A stretch of DNA of 64,000 nucleotides from Spirochaetes bacterium ADurb.Bin218. Lineage in GTDB: Bacteria; Spirochaetota; UBA4802; UBA5550. Both the position numbers and the translations under genes were made by a program. The DNA lies in assembly GCA_002069965.1 (NCBI GenBank), contig MWCI01000006.1, positions 888 through 64,887 of the forward strand, written 5' to 3'. The stretch's first letter is position 1. The number at the start of each line of letters is the position of its first letter. The notes under the pieces are model-generated. The model had not been told where the DNA came from. It did not search any database and saw only the letters and a list, made by a program, of their open reading frames with translations. Shown here piece after piece: positions 56,283 to 64,000 of the stretch.

Positions 56283-56543
56283 TTACTGAGGTCTGTAAAC
56301 ATCAAAGACATAGTTGCGTCTTTCTTTTTTTATCTGCACTGCCCATCCTTCGTTTTCAAAAAAAGACTGAAAGCTCTTTGCAACAGGATAGTTGATAACA
56401 ACAGATGGATTTACTGTGCAAAATTTTGTGTCATCCCAGTTATTTCTTTTCATGGTTACCCAAGCTTCTGCAATTACTTGCTTGAGAATGTTTTCTTCAT
56501 TCTGATCAACGGTAGATATATCCTTTAAACTGAAACCTGCCAT
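56283..56543 (-). CDS. hypothetical small protein
   Basis: 86-aa ORF with no recognisable domain. A hairpin with an 11-bp stem follows it at 56231..56268. Confidence 0.35.
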   Translation of the reverse strand: MAGFSLKDISTVDQNEENILKQVIAEAWVTMKRNNWDDTKFCTVNPSVVINYPVAKSFQSFFENEGWAVQIKKERRNYVFDVYRPQ

Positions 56544-56665
56544 TTCGATCTCCTTATCCTTGGTATAAGTTTTTAAATGCTAATACTAATTAATTTAATA
56601 GCAAAGTCTAATATGTCAATAAAAATTATCGGCAATGTGATAATTTTTATAATAGAATTTAATCC

Positions 56666-56714
56666 TTGACATGAAATTTATGTATTATATTATGCAACAA
56701 ATTGCATAATATAA
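56666..56714 (+). promoter_or_regulatory. sigma70-like promoter with perfect 13-bp inverted-repeat operator upstream of the flavoprotein gene
   Basis: TTGACA at 56666..56671. TTATATTATGCAA-caaa-TTGCATAATATAA at 56685..56714. RBS AAGGGGGA is followed by ATG at 56724. Confidence 0.5.
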
Positions 56715-56723
56715 GGGGGATCT

Positions 56724-58100
56724 ATGAAGATTCTTGTTTTAAATGGAAGCCCAAAGGGTGATTCAAGTGTAACAATGCAGTATGTGAAATTTATTCAGAA
56801 AAAAATTCCTTCCCATGACTTTGATTTTATAAATGTTGCACAAAATATTGTAAGTATTGAGAAGGATGAAAAATTTTTCAATGAAATAATCGAAAAGGTT
56901 AAGGAAAGTAATATTATATTATGGGCAACTCCTCTGTATGTCTGTCTTGTTCCATCTCAATATAAGAGATTTATAGAGCTTATATGGGAAAGAGGTGCAG
57001 ATGGCGCTTTTTCTGGTAAGTATGGCGCTGTCATTACTACATCCATTCATTTTTTTGACAACAGTGCTCATAATTACATGAGAGCTATTTGTGAAGATTT
57101 AAATATGAATTTTGCTGGTTCTTTTTCTCCTGATATGTATGACATTATGAATAAAGATGGCAGGGATAAGCTTATAGCCTTTGGCAAAAAAATTTTTTAC
57201 ATTGCACAGAACAATATGGTAACCTCAAAGGCCTTTGCAAAGCCTGTGTATGAGATAAAAAGCTACAGTTTCACTTTACCTGTAAAAAAGAAGGATTTTG
57301 GCAATAAAAAGGTGCTTGTTCTTACAGATAGAGAATATAAAGGAGATAATCTCTCCGCCATGATTGATAGATTTATTAGCAATGTTGATGGCTCTGTAGA
57401 GCTCATCTCTTTGTCTGATATTGATATTAAGGGTGGATGCCTTGGATGTTGCCAGTGCGGATTTGATTATAGGTGTGTATATACAGGCAAGGATGAGTTC
57501 ATTGATTTTTATAATAATAAGTTGCGCAGTGCTGATATTATAATCTTTGCAGGTGAGATAAAAGATCGCTATCTCTCTGCTAAATGGAAGCAGATGTTTG
57601 ATAGGGCCTTTTTCAATACTCATACTCCAACTCTTGGGGGAAAGCAATTTGGAATTTTACTCTCTGGTCCTTTTTCATTTATGGCAAACCTCAGAGAAAT
57701 TTTACTTGCCTATTTTCAGTGGCAGGGAGCAAATCTTATTGATATAGTATCTGATGAATATGACTCAGAGACTATAGACAGGCTTATTGATAATCTTGCA
57801 CAGAATTTACTGTGGAGTGCAGGTGAGGGCTATGTAGAGCCTCCTACATTTTTGGGAGTTGGTGGTCGCAAGATCTTCCGTGATGATATATGGGGAAGAT
57901 TGAGATTTGTTTTTCAGGCAGATCATAAATATTATGAAGAAAATGGATTTTACGATTTTCCTCAGGATGATCAAAAAACCATTGAGATAAATAAAAAGAT
58001 GATTGAACTTACAAGCAATCCTGAGATGAGAGAAAATGTCAGAAAGATGATAAAAACAGAGATGGTAAAACCAATGAAGCATATAGTTGAAACAAAGTAG
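56724..58100 (+). CDS. tandem flavodoxin-like protein: NAD(P)H-dependent FMN reductase-like domain fused to iron-sulfur flavoprotein (Isf)-like domain
   Basis: First half MKILVLNGSPKGDSS (FMN_red-like). The second half carries CLGCCQCGFDYRC, matching the Isf CX2CX2CX5C cluster motif. Confidence 0.7.
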   Translation: MKILVLNGSPKGDSSVTMQYVKFIQKKIPSHDFDFINVAQNIVSIEKDEKFFNEIIEKVKESNIILWATPLYVCLVPSQYKRFIELIWERGADGAFSGKYGAVITTSIHFFDNSAHNYMRAICEDLNMNFAGSFSPDMYDIMNKDGRDKLIAFGKKIFYIAQNNMVTSKAFAKPVYEIKSYSFTLPVKKKDFGNKKVLVLTDREYKGDNLSAMIDRFISNVDGSVELISLSDIDIKGGCLGCCQCGFDYRCVYTGKDEFIDFYNNKLRSADIIIFAGEIKDRYLSAKWKQMFDRAFFNTHTPTLGGKQFGILLSGPFSFMANLREILLAYFQWQGANLIDIVSDEYDSETIDRLIDNLAQNLLWSAGEGYVEPPTFLGVGGRKIFRDDIWGRLRFVFQADHKYYEENGFYDFPQDDQKTIEINKKMIELTSNPEMRENVRKMIKTEMVKPMKHIVETK

Positions 58101-58105
58101 GGAAT

Positions 58106-59338
58106 ATGAATAATAATCCTGAGAGCTTAATAAAATCTAAAAGGCCTATTAAAGGGAAAAATTCCTTTAATAGGCTGAAGAATAGATTTTTTCTTCCCCA
58201 TTTTATTAAAGAGATGAAGAGGATGGGGATTGGTGGGATCTCTGGTGGCAATTCTCTGCGACTCATTACAAGGGGTGATGATTTTTTTGATGCTGTGATC
58301 TCTGCTATTGACTCTGCCAGAAAGAGTATAAACCTTGAGACCTATATTTTTCGCAGCGATGAAGTCGGTTGGATTATTGCAGAAAAGCTGGCAGAGAAGG
58401 CTTCTCAGGGGCTTGAAGTAAATGTTATATATGATGCCTTTGGTTCAATAGCTGCCTCTAAGATAATGTTTGACATGATGAGATCAGCAGGTGTGGAGAT
58501 AATAGAATATCATCCCATTGTTCCATGGAAGAGATATTGGGGTATAAGCTTTCGGGATCACAGGAAAATTTTGATTATTGACGGCGAAAAGGCTTTTCTT
58601 GGCGGGATAAATATCGGCAAGGAGTATGCCGGTCCTAAATACGAAGGGGGAAACTGGAGGGATACTCATCTATGTATTGAAGGTCCTGCTGTGAGAGATG
58701 TTCAGTTTTTTTTTATGGAAAACTGGTATAGAAATGGTGGCGCTGTTTTAAATAGCAGACTTTATTTCCCTCACCTTGATAAGAAGGGAAATATTCTCCT
58801 TATGATATTGTGCACAAAGGGACGTAAAAAGGTTAAACCTGTATATGAGTCCTATATATCAGCAATAGCCAATGCCAGAAGTTCTATATATATAACTAAT
58901 GCTTATTTTATACCTGATGGTCGCATATACAGAAGTCTTGTAAAAGCAGCCGAGAGGGGTGTTGATGTAAAAATTATTCTACCAGGGAAATCAGATATCC
59001 CTGTGGTAAAATATGCCAGTCGCTATCTGTACAAAAGATATTTGAGGCATGGGATAAAAATTTTTGAATATCAGGAGTCCATTCTCCATGCAAAGACTGC
59101 TGTAATAGATGGCCTGTGGGCAACGGTGGGTTCGTCAAATCTTGATAGGCGGAGCTTTAGACGAAACCTTGAGATAAATGCAGTGGTGCTTGATCAGGGA
59201 TTTGGTCAGATTATGGAAGAGGTTTTTTTTGAGGATCTAAATAAAAGTCTTGAAATTACACTGGAAAATTTTGGAAAGAGAAGGCCTTTTGAGTTTTTTC
59301 TTGAATGGCTTTGTTATAGATTTCGCAATATTTTATAA
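58106..59338 (+). CDS. phospholipase D-family protein, cardiolipin synthase (ClsB-like, no TM)
   Basis: Two HKD motifs, HRKILIIDGEKAFLGGINIG and LHAKTAVIDGLWATVGSSNLDRRS. Confidence 0.75.
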   Translation: MNNNPESLIKSKRPIKGKNSFNRLKNRFFLPHFIKEMKRMGIGGISGGNSLRLITRGDDFFDAVISAIDSARKSINLETYIFRSDEVGWIIAEKLAEKASQGLEVNVIYDAFGSIAASKIMFDMMRSAGVEIIEYHPIVPWKRYWGISFRDHRKILIIDGEKAFLGGINIGKEYAGPKYEGGNWRDTHLCIEGPAVRDVQFFFMENWYRNGGAVLNSRLYFPHLDKKGNILLMILCTKGRKKVKPVYESYISAIANARSSIYITNAYFIPDGRIYRSLVKAAERGVDVKIILPGKSDIPVVKYASRYLYKRYLRHGIKIFEYQESILHAKTAVIDGLWATVGSSNLDRRSFRRNLEINAVVLDQGFGQIMEEVFFEDLNKSLEITLENFGKRRPFEFFLEWLCYRFRNIL

Positions 59339-59394
59339 AAAATACCTTGACATTTTTTAGAGTTTTTAAGGAATAAGCAGAAGAAAGGAAGAGT

Positions 59395-59631
59395 ATGGTT
59401 TTTGAAAGGTCAAACATAGGATATTTTTTAGCCTTTATGATCCTTGGCGGGATTCTGGGATCTGCGCTGGGGAATCTTGTTGTAAAGTTTATTCCACAGT
59501 TTAATATCATTACAACAAGTCTCACAGGACCAATAGGATTTAACTTGGAGATTCTTTCTTTTAGTATGAAATTAAATTTTGCGTCGATTGTAGGCATAAT
59601 TTTTGGCATAATCGTTTTTCGCAAGATTTAA
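59395..59631 (+). CDS. small hypothetical membrane protein
   Basis: 78 aa with two predicted TM helices. A hairpin with an 11-bp stem follows it at 59664..59690. Confidence 0.4.
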   Translation: MVFERSNIGYFLAFMILGGILGSALGNLVVKFIPQFNIITTSLTGPIGFNLEILSFSMKLNFASIVGIIFGIIVFRKI

Positions 59632-59833
59632 GGCTGCGCCAGCAGCTATCAAAAGTATCCTTAAAAATTAGATTTTAAGGATATGGATTTAAACCAGTCT
59701 AAGACTGGTTGCCTCATTCCGATGAATAGGCAAAAGACTTTTATTTTTTATGCACTATAGGTGTGCTTTTATACCGTGAGATTATTTTCTCTCAGGGTGA
59801 TTATTTTATGATTAAATTACAGGGGGTATTTAA

Positions 59834-60646
59834 TTGGCTGTAGTATCTATGAAAGCTTTGCTCGAGTCAGGTGTGCACTTCGGGCATCAGACAAGAAGAT
59901 GGAATCCCAAAATGTCTCAGTTTATATTTACTGCAAGGAATGGGATTCATATTATTGACCTGCAAAAGACTATGCAGAGAGTTAAAATTGCTTATGCTGC
60001 AATGAGAGATCTGGCTGCAAATGGAGGTAAGGTTCTCTTTGTTGGAACAAAGAAACAGGCTCAGGGTGCAATTGTCGAGTATGCAGAAAAATGCGGTATG
60101 TATTATGTTTCTGAGAGATGGCTTGGTGGATTGCTTACAAATTTCAAGACTGTGAGTAACTCTATCCAGAGGCTTAAAGAGCTGGAAAGAATGCAGGCAA
60201 CAGATTCATGGGATGCAGAAACCAAAAAAGAAGTTCTTGAGCTTCAAAGAGAGCTTGCAAAAAAGAATAAAATACTAAGTGGTATCAAGAATATGGCTTC
60301 TCTTCCTGATGCTCTTTTCATTATTGATCCTAAGAGAGAGGCTATTGCAGTTCAGGAGGCAAGAAAACTCGGTATTCCTATTTTTGCTGTAGTTGATACA
60401 AATTGTAATCCAGATGAGATAGATTATCCAATCCCTGGAAATGACGATGCAATTAGAGCTATTGCTCTTTTCCTTGAGGTTATGGCAAATGCCATCATTG
60501 AAGGTCAATCTGGCGGACAGGCTGCTCAGGTAGCTTTTGAAGAAGATGAAGAGGTTGCACCAGAGGTTCTTGCTGAGGTGGACAAAGAAAAGATTGTTCA
60601 GGAAAAGGAAGAAGAAGCATCTGCTGATGTAGATGATGAATGGTAA
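59834..60646 (+). CDS. rpsB: 30S ribosomal protein S2
   Basis: [30 protein letters not shown] start preceded by RBS AGGGGGT. Acidic C-terminal tail. Confidence 0.9.
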   Translation: MAVVSMKALLESGVHFGHQTRRWNPKMSQFIFTARNGIHIIDLQKTMQRVKIAYAAMRDLAANGGKVLFVGTKKQAQGAIVEYAEKCGMYYVSERWLGGLLTNFKTVSNSIQRLKELERMQATDSWDAETKKEVLELQRELAKKNKILSGIKNMASLPDALFIIDPKREAIAVQEARKLGIPIFAVVDTNCNPDEIDYPIPGNDDAIRAIALFLEVMANAIIEGQSGGQAAQVAFEEDEEVAPEVLAEVDKEKIVQEKEEEASADVDDEW

Positions 60647-60658
60647 GATTTAAGAAAA

Positions 60659-60685
60659 AGCAGATCAAAAAAATCTGCTTTTTTA
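60659..60685 (+). terminator. rho-independent terminator/attenuator between rpsB and tsf
   Basis: AGCAGAT-caaaaaa-ATCTGCT followed by TTTTTT. Confidence 0.65.
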
Positions 60686-60741
60686 ATGAATCTTTGTCAA
60701 AGTTTAATTAAAAAATTAAGAATATTTAAGGAGATTTAAAA

Positions 60742-61338
60742 GTGGCAGAAATTACCAGTGAAATGATAAAAGAATTAAGAGATAAAACTCAAGCTGGCAT
60801 GATGGATTGCAAAAAGGCTCTCACTGAGTGTGGTGGAGATATGGAAAAGGCTGTGGAATTTTTAAGAAAGAAAGGCCTTGCCTCTGCAGACAAAAAAGCA
60901 GGAACTGCTGTTTCTGAGGGCATAGTTGCTTCTTATATCCATAGCAATAATAAAATAGGCGTGCTTCTTGAGCTTAAATGTGCTACTGACTTTGTTGCAA
61001 GGAACGAGGATTTTCAGAATTTAGCAAAGGAAATTGCAATGCAGATAGCAGCTGCAAATCCTCTTTATGTATCTCCAGAGGATGTCCCTGCTGATGTAAT
61101 AGCAAAGGAAAAGGAAATATACAAAGAACAGATGAAGGACTCTGGCAAGCCAGACAATGTCATTGAAAAAATCGTTGAAGGGAAACTTTCAAAATTTTAC
61201 TCAGAGGTTTGTCTTTTAGAGCAGGAATACATTAAGGATTCATCTGTTAAAATCAGAGATCTTATAAAACAAAAGATAGCTGTCTTCGGTGAAAATATCG
61301 AGGTAGGGAAGTTTGCAAGATTTCAAATAGGCAACTAA
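60742..61338 (+). CDS. tsf: elongation factor Ts (short form)
   Basis: MAEITSEMIKELRDKTQAGMMDCKKAL UBA-like N-terminus. GTG start. 198 aa. Confidence 0.9.
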   Translation: MAEITSEMIKELRDKTQAGMMDCKKALTECGGDMEKAVEFLRKKGLASADKKAGTAVSEGIVASYIHSNNKIGVLLELKCATDFVARNEDFQNLAKEIAMQIAAANPLYVSPEDVPADVIAKEKEIYKEQMKDSGKPDNVIEKIVEGKLSKFYSEVCLLEQEYIKDSSVKIRDLIKQKIAVFGENIEVGKFARFQIGN

Positions 61339-61341
61339 TAA

Positions 61342-62061
61342 ATGGATAAAGGCAAACTTAGATATAAAAGGATACTTTTAAAGCTCAGCGGTGAGGCTCT
61401 TGCTGGACAGGATAAAACTGGAATAAATCCAGATGTGATTCAGCAAATAGCTACAGAAATTAAAGAGGTCTCTGATCTTGGTGTGGAAGTCGCTCTTGTG
61501 ATTGGAGCTGGCAATATTTTTCGAGGAGCTATGGCTGAGTCCCTTGGGATAAACAGATCAACAGGGGATTTTATGGGGATGCTTGCCACAGTGATGAATT
61601 CAATGGCTGTTGAGAACACTCTTGAAAAGATGAATAAGCCCACGAGAGTTTTGACAGCCATAGAGATGAAGCACGTAGCAGAGCCCTATACAATTCAAAA
61701 AGCTCTTGATTATCTCAAAAAAGGTAGAATAGTAATTGCAGCTGGGGGAACAGGTCATCCTTATTTTACAACAGATACAGCTGCAAGCCTTAGAGCTGTT
61801 GAGCTTAGTGCTGATGTGCTGCTTAAGGCAACTAAGGTTGATGGCGTCTATACAGGCGATCCAGAGAAGGATCCCAATGCAGAGAAAATTGTGGAGATTC
61901 CATATATGGAGATGATTAAAAGGCAACTACGAGTTATGGATCTCACTGCAATATCCCTTTGCATGGACAATAATCTTCCTATTATAGTTTTTAATCTCTT
62001 TGAGAGGGGAGCTCTTAAAAGAATAGTTCTTGGCGAGGCAGTAGGAACAAAAATTTATTAA
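61342..62061 (+). CDS. pyrH: UMP kinase
   Basis: YKRILLKLSGEAL...ALVIGAGNIFRG motifs. Confidence 0.9.
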   Translation: MDKGKLRYKRILLKLSGEALAGQDKTGINPDVIQQIATEIKEVSDLGVEVALVIGAGNIFRGAMAESLGINRSTGDFMGMLATVMNSMAVENTLEKMNKPTRVLTAIEMKHVAEPYTIQKALDYLKKGRIVIAAGGTGHPYFTTDTAASLRAVELSADVLLKATKVDGVYTGDPEKDPNAEKIVEIPYMEMIKRQLRVMDLTAISLCMDNNLPIIVFNLFERGALKRIVLGEAVGTKIY

Positions 62062-62063
62062 AC

Positions 62064-62633
62064 ATGGAGACACTTATGGTTGATGATATTTTACATGATG
62101 TTGAAGATAGAATGCAAAAGAGTGTGAAATCTCTTCAGAAAGAGTTTTCTACCATAAGGACAGGTAGAGCTAATCCTGCAATGTTTGAGGGGATTAAGGT
62201 ACATGTCTATGGATCAGATATGCCTCTCAACCAGGTGGCCACTATTTCTATACCTGAGCCAAGGCTTGTTGTTATTCAACCATGGGACAGAGGCAATCTT
62301 GGAGAGATAGAAAAGGCGATACTTAAGTCAGATCTATCTGTGAATCCGTCAAATGATGGTAATCTAATCCGCATACAAATTCCTGAACTTACTGAGGAGC
62401 GTCGTAAGGAATATGTTAAGCTTGCAAAGCAGAAAGCTGAAGAGTGCAAGGTGGCAATAAGAAATATTCGAAGAGACGGAAATGATATGATTAAATCTCT
62501 GGAAAAGGATAAAGAGATTACAGAGGATGAATCAAAATCTGCTCAGGATAAAATTCAAAAGATTACAGATAAATATGTAGATGAAGTTACCAAAATGACA
62601 GAGAACAAAGAGAAGGAAATTTTAAACCTTTAA
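62064..62633 (+). CDS. frr: ribosome recycling factor
   Basis: 189 aa, with RTGRANPAMFEGIKV and the ...RRDGNDMIK motifs. Confidence 0.9.
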   Translation: METLMVDDILHDVEDRMQKSVKSLQKEFSTIRTGRANPAMFEGIKVHVYGSDMPLNQVATISIPEPRLVVIQPWDRGNLGEIEKAILKSDLSVNPSNDGNLIRIQIPELTEERRKEYVKLAKQKAEECKVAIRNIRRDGNDMIKSLEKDKEITEDESKSAQDKIQKITDKYVDEVTKMTENKEKEILNL

Positions 62634-62755
62634 AATAAAAAATTATATTGCCATTCCTGTTTTTTGCTTTTAATTTATATGAGTATATGCTCAATAGCTA
62701 AAATGGGAATGGCAAAATTTTATTTAAAAATTATAAAAACAGAGCCTAAACTAAG

Positions 62756-63466
62756 ATGATATTGCAAAAAAAAGAGGAAAATCGGATTCCTGCTCATGTT
62801 GGGATAATAATGGATGGTAATGGCAGATGGGCAAAACAGAGAAATTTGCCCCGCAGTGAAGGCCATAAATATGGAGCAGATGTAATAGAGCCATTGATGG
62901 ATTGTGCCATTGAATTAGGTGTAAAGGCAGTATCATTGTATGCTTTTTCTGTGGAAAATTGGGCAAGACCTGTTTCTGAGGTGAAAGGGCTATGGCAATT
63001 GCTGGAGTATTTTTTTAAAACAAAGCTTGATCTTATAAAAGATAAGGATATTCAAATCAGACATTCGGGATCGTTAAAGCGCTTACCCTCTTCTACAAAA
63101 AATATGATAATAAAAGCTGTTGAGGAAACAAAAAAGAATAAAACCATAGTTTTAAATTTTTGTGTTAATTACGGTGGAAGGCAGGAGATAATAAAAGCCG
63201 TTAATGATTGGCTGGCAAGTGCAAAGCCCGGAGAGGTTATTACAGAGAAAAAACTTGAAAAGCATCTTTATACAGCAGGATTGCCAGAGCTTGATTTGCT
63301 TATCAGAACCAGTGGAGAATACAGGATAAGCAACTTTTTGCTATGGCAGCTGGCATATACAGAGCTATATTTTACGGATGTCCTGTGGCCTGATTTTGGT
63401 CCAGATGATCTTCGTAGGGCAGTGGCAGAATTTCAAAAAAGAGAAAGGAGATTTGGAGGTCTATGA
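62756..63466 (+). CDS. uppS: undecaprenyl diphosphate synthase
   Basis: HVGIIMDGNGRWA and FSVENWARP cis-prenyltransferase motifs. Confidence 0.9.
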   Translation: MILQKKEENRIPAHVGIIMDGNGRWAKQRNLPRSEGHKYGADVIEPLMDCAIELGVKAVSLYAFSVENWARPVSEVKGLWQLLEYFFKTKLDLIKDKDIQIRHSGSLKRLPSSTKNMIIKAVEETKKNKTIVLNFCVNYGGRQEIIKAVNDWLASAKPGEVITEKKLEKHLYTAGLPELDLLIRTSGEYRISNFLLWQLAYTELYFTDVLWPDFGPDDLRRAVAEFQKRERRFGGL

Positions 63467-64000
63467 GCGTATTTAACAGAGAAACTTTTACAAGAATTTT
63501 AAGCGCAATTATAACTCTTCCTATTCTTGTTTATGTGCTTACAACTGATGATTTTCTTAGCCTTCCTGTTCTTGTTGCAACAGTAATTATATCACTATTT
63601 TGCCTTTATGAATTTTATATGATGGCAGACAGAGGGGAAGATGGGTATCCCTTTATTAAAGCCGGGCTGATATTTGGTTTTATTCTAAATGTATTGATGT
63701 ATATATTTGCCTATGGAAAACTCCTTGGGTTATCTGGAACAATTGCATTGTATGATGCAAGAATTATTACGGCATATTTTATGGTTTTCATTGCAACAGT
63801 TCTTCTTTTGCAGCTTTTTACCAGGCCACTTAAAGGTGCAGCCTATTCTCTTGGTGTTACTCTCTTTGGTGTTTTTTATATAGTATTATCTCTTTCCCAT
63901 TTGATTTTATTAAAGTCCCTCAAGGATGGACCTTTTTATATTATCATTGCTGTTGCTGTTGTTATGCTCAATGACACTGGTGCTTATTTTGGTGGGAGTG
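63463..64000 (+). CDS. cdsA: phosphatidate cytidylyltransferase (3' end outside window)
   Basis: Multi-TM N-terminal region. Its position after uppS is conserved. The start overlaps the uppS stop. Confidence 0.7.
   Translation, partial: MSVFNRETFTRILSAIITLPILVYVLTTDDFLSLPVLVATVIISLFCLYEFYMMADRGEDGYPFIKAGLIFGFILNVLMYIFAYGKLLGLSGTIALYDARIITAYFMVFIATVLLLQLFTRPLKGAAYSLGVTLFGVFYIVLSLSHLILLKSLKDGPFYIIIAVAVVMLNDTGAYFGGS

Noticed and set aside
58106-59338. HKD/PLD-family protein as a nuclease-type defence gene
   Set aside because: Its length, the spacing of the two HKD motifs and the N-terminal region match ClsB-type cardiolipin synthases. There are no neighbouring defence-like genes.
59640-59833. 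Searched the rpsB upstream region and other intergenic regions for tRNA or other structured RNA genes
   Set aside because: No cloverleaf-compatible sequence was found, and no acceptor or T-arm GTTC-like motifs. Only simple hairpins are present.

Overview
This 64-kb window comes from a low-GC (about 35%) chromosomal region, apparently of an anaerobic bacterium. The lineage cannot be assigned from sequence alone. Most of it is recognisable core and accessory metabolism.

Identified genes include ilvE (5' truncated), glpK, a NeuB-family sugar-acid synthase, a polysaccharide deacetylase and a type-III glutamine synthetase. Further genes are mmuM, leuA, a divergent pgk, ahcY, argH and the rpsB-tsf-pyrH-frr-uppS-cdsA block. 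There are also two group-II PLP decarboxylases plus an Orn/DAP-family decarboxylase, two acetyl-CoA hydrolase/transferase paralogs, and a 5-gene sensor kinase / STAS / response-regulator cluster. A tungstate/molybdate ABC transporter and an FmdE-family gene sit next to a cytoplasmic Mo/W-bisPGD oxidoreductase operon (oxidoreductase, TetR, Fe-S protein).

Features the annotation does not explain:
1. A classical leucine leader-peptide attenuator upstream of leuA. The 23-aa peptide contains 9 Leu, with overlapping antiterminator and terminator.
2. A roughly 110-125-bp MITE-like dispersed element with 16-bp terminal inverted repeats and a GC hairpin core. It is present in 5 clear copies (plus one degenerate copy) in both orientations, all intergenic.
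3. A roughly 1000-aa pyruvate-phosphate-dikinase-like protein. It has an ATP-grasp and a phosphohistidine swivel domain, no PEP/pyruvate barrel, and a novel 470-aa N-terminus. It is divergently paired with a PP2C (SpoIIE-type) phosphatase.
4. A tandem of four small lipoproteins, two of them paralogous with poly-Pro linkers and an RcsF-like C-terminal motif.
5. A 65-aa protein consisting of two MshEN/T2SSE_N c-di-GMP-binding motifs.
6. Several perfect palindromic operators. The strongest are a duplicated 20-bp site in the oxidoreductase promoter and a 13-bp inverted repeat in the promoter of a flavodoxin-Isf fusion gene.
7. An AraC-family membrane regulator interrupted by a single in-frame TAA.

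No rRNA, tRNA, CRISPR array, integrase or transposase was seen.
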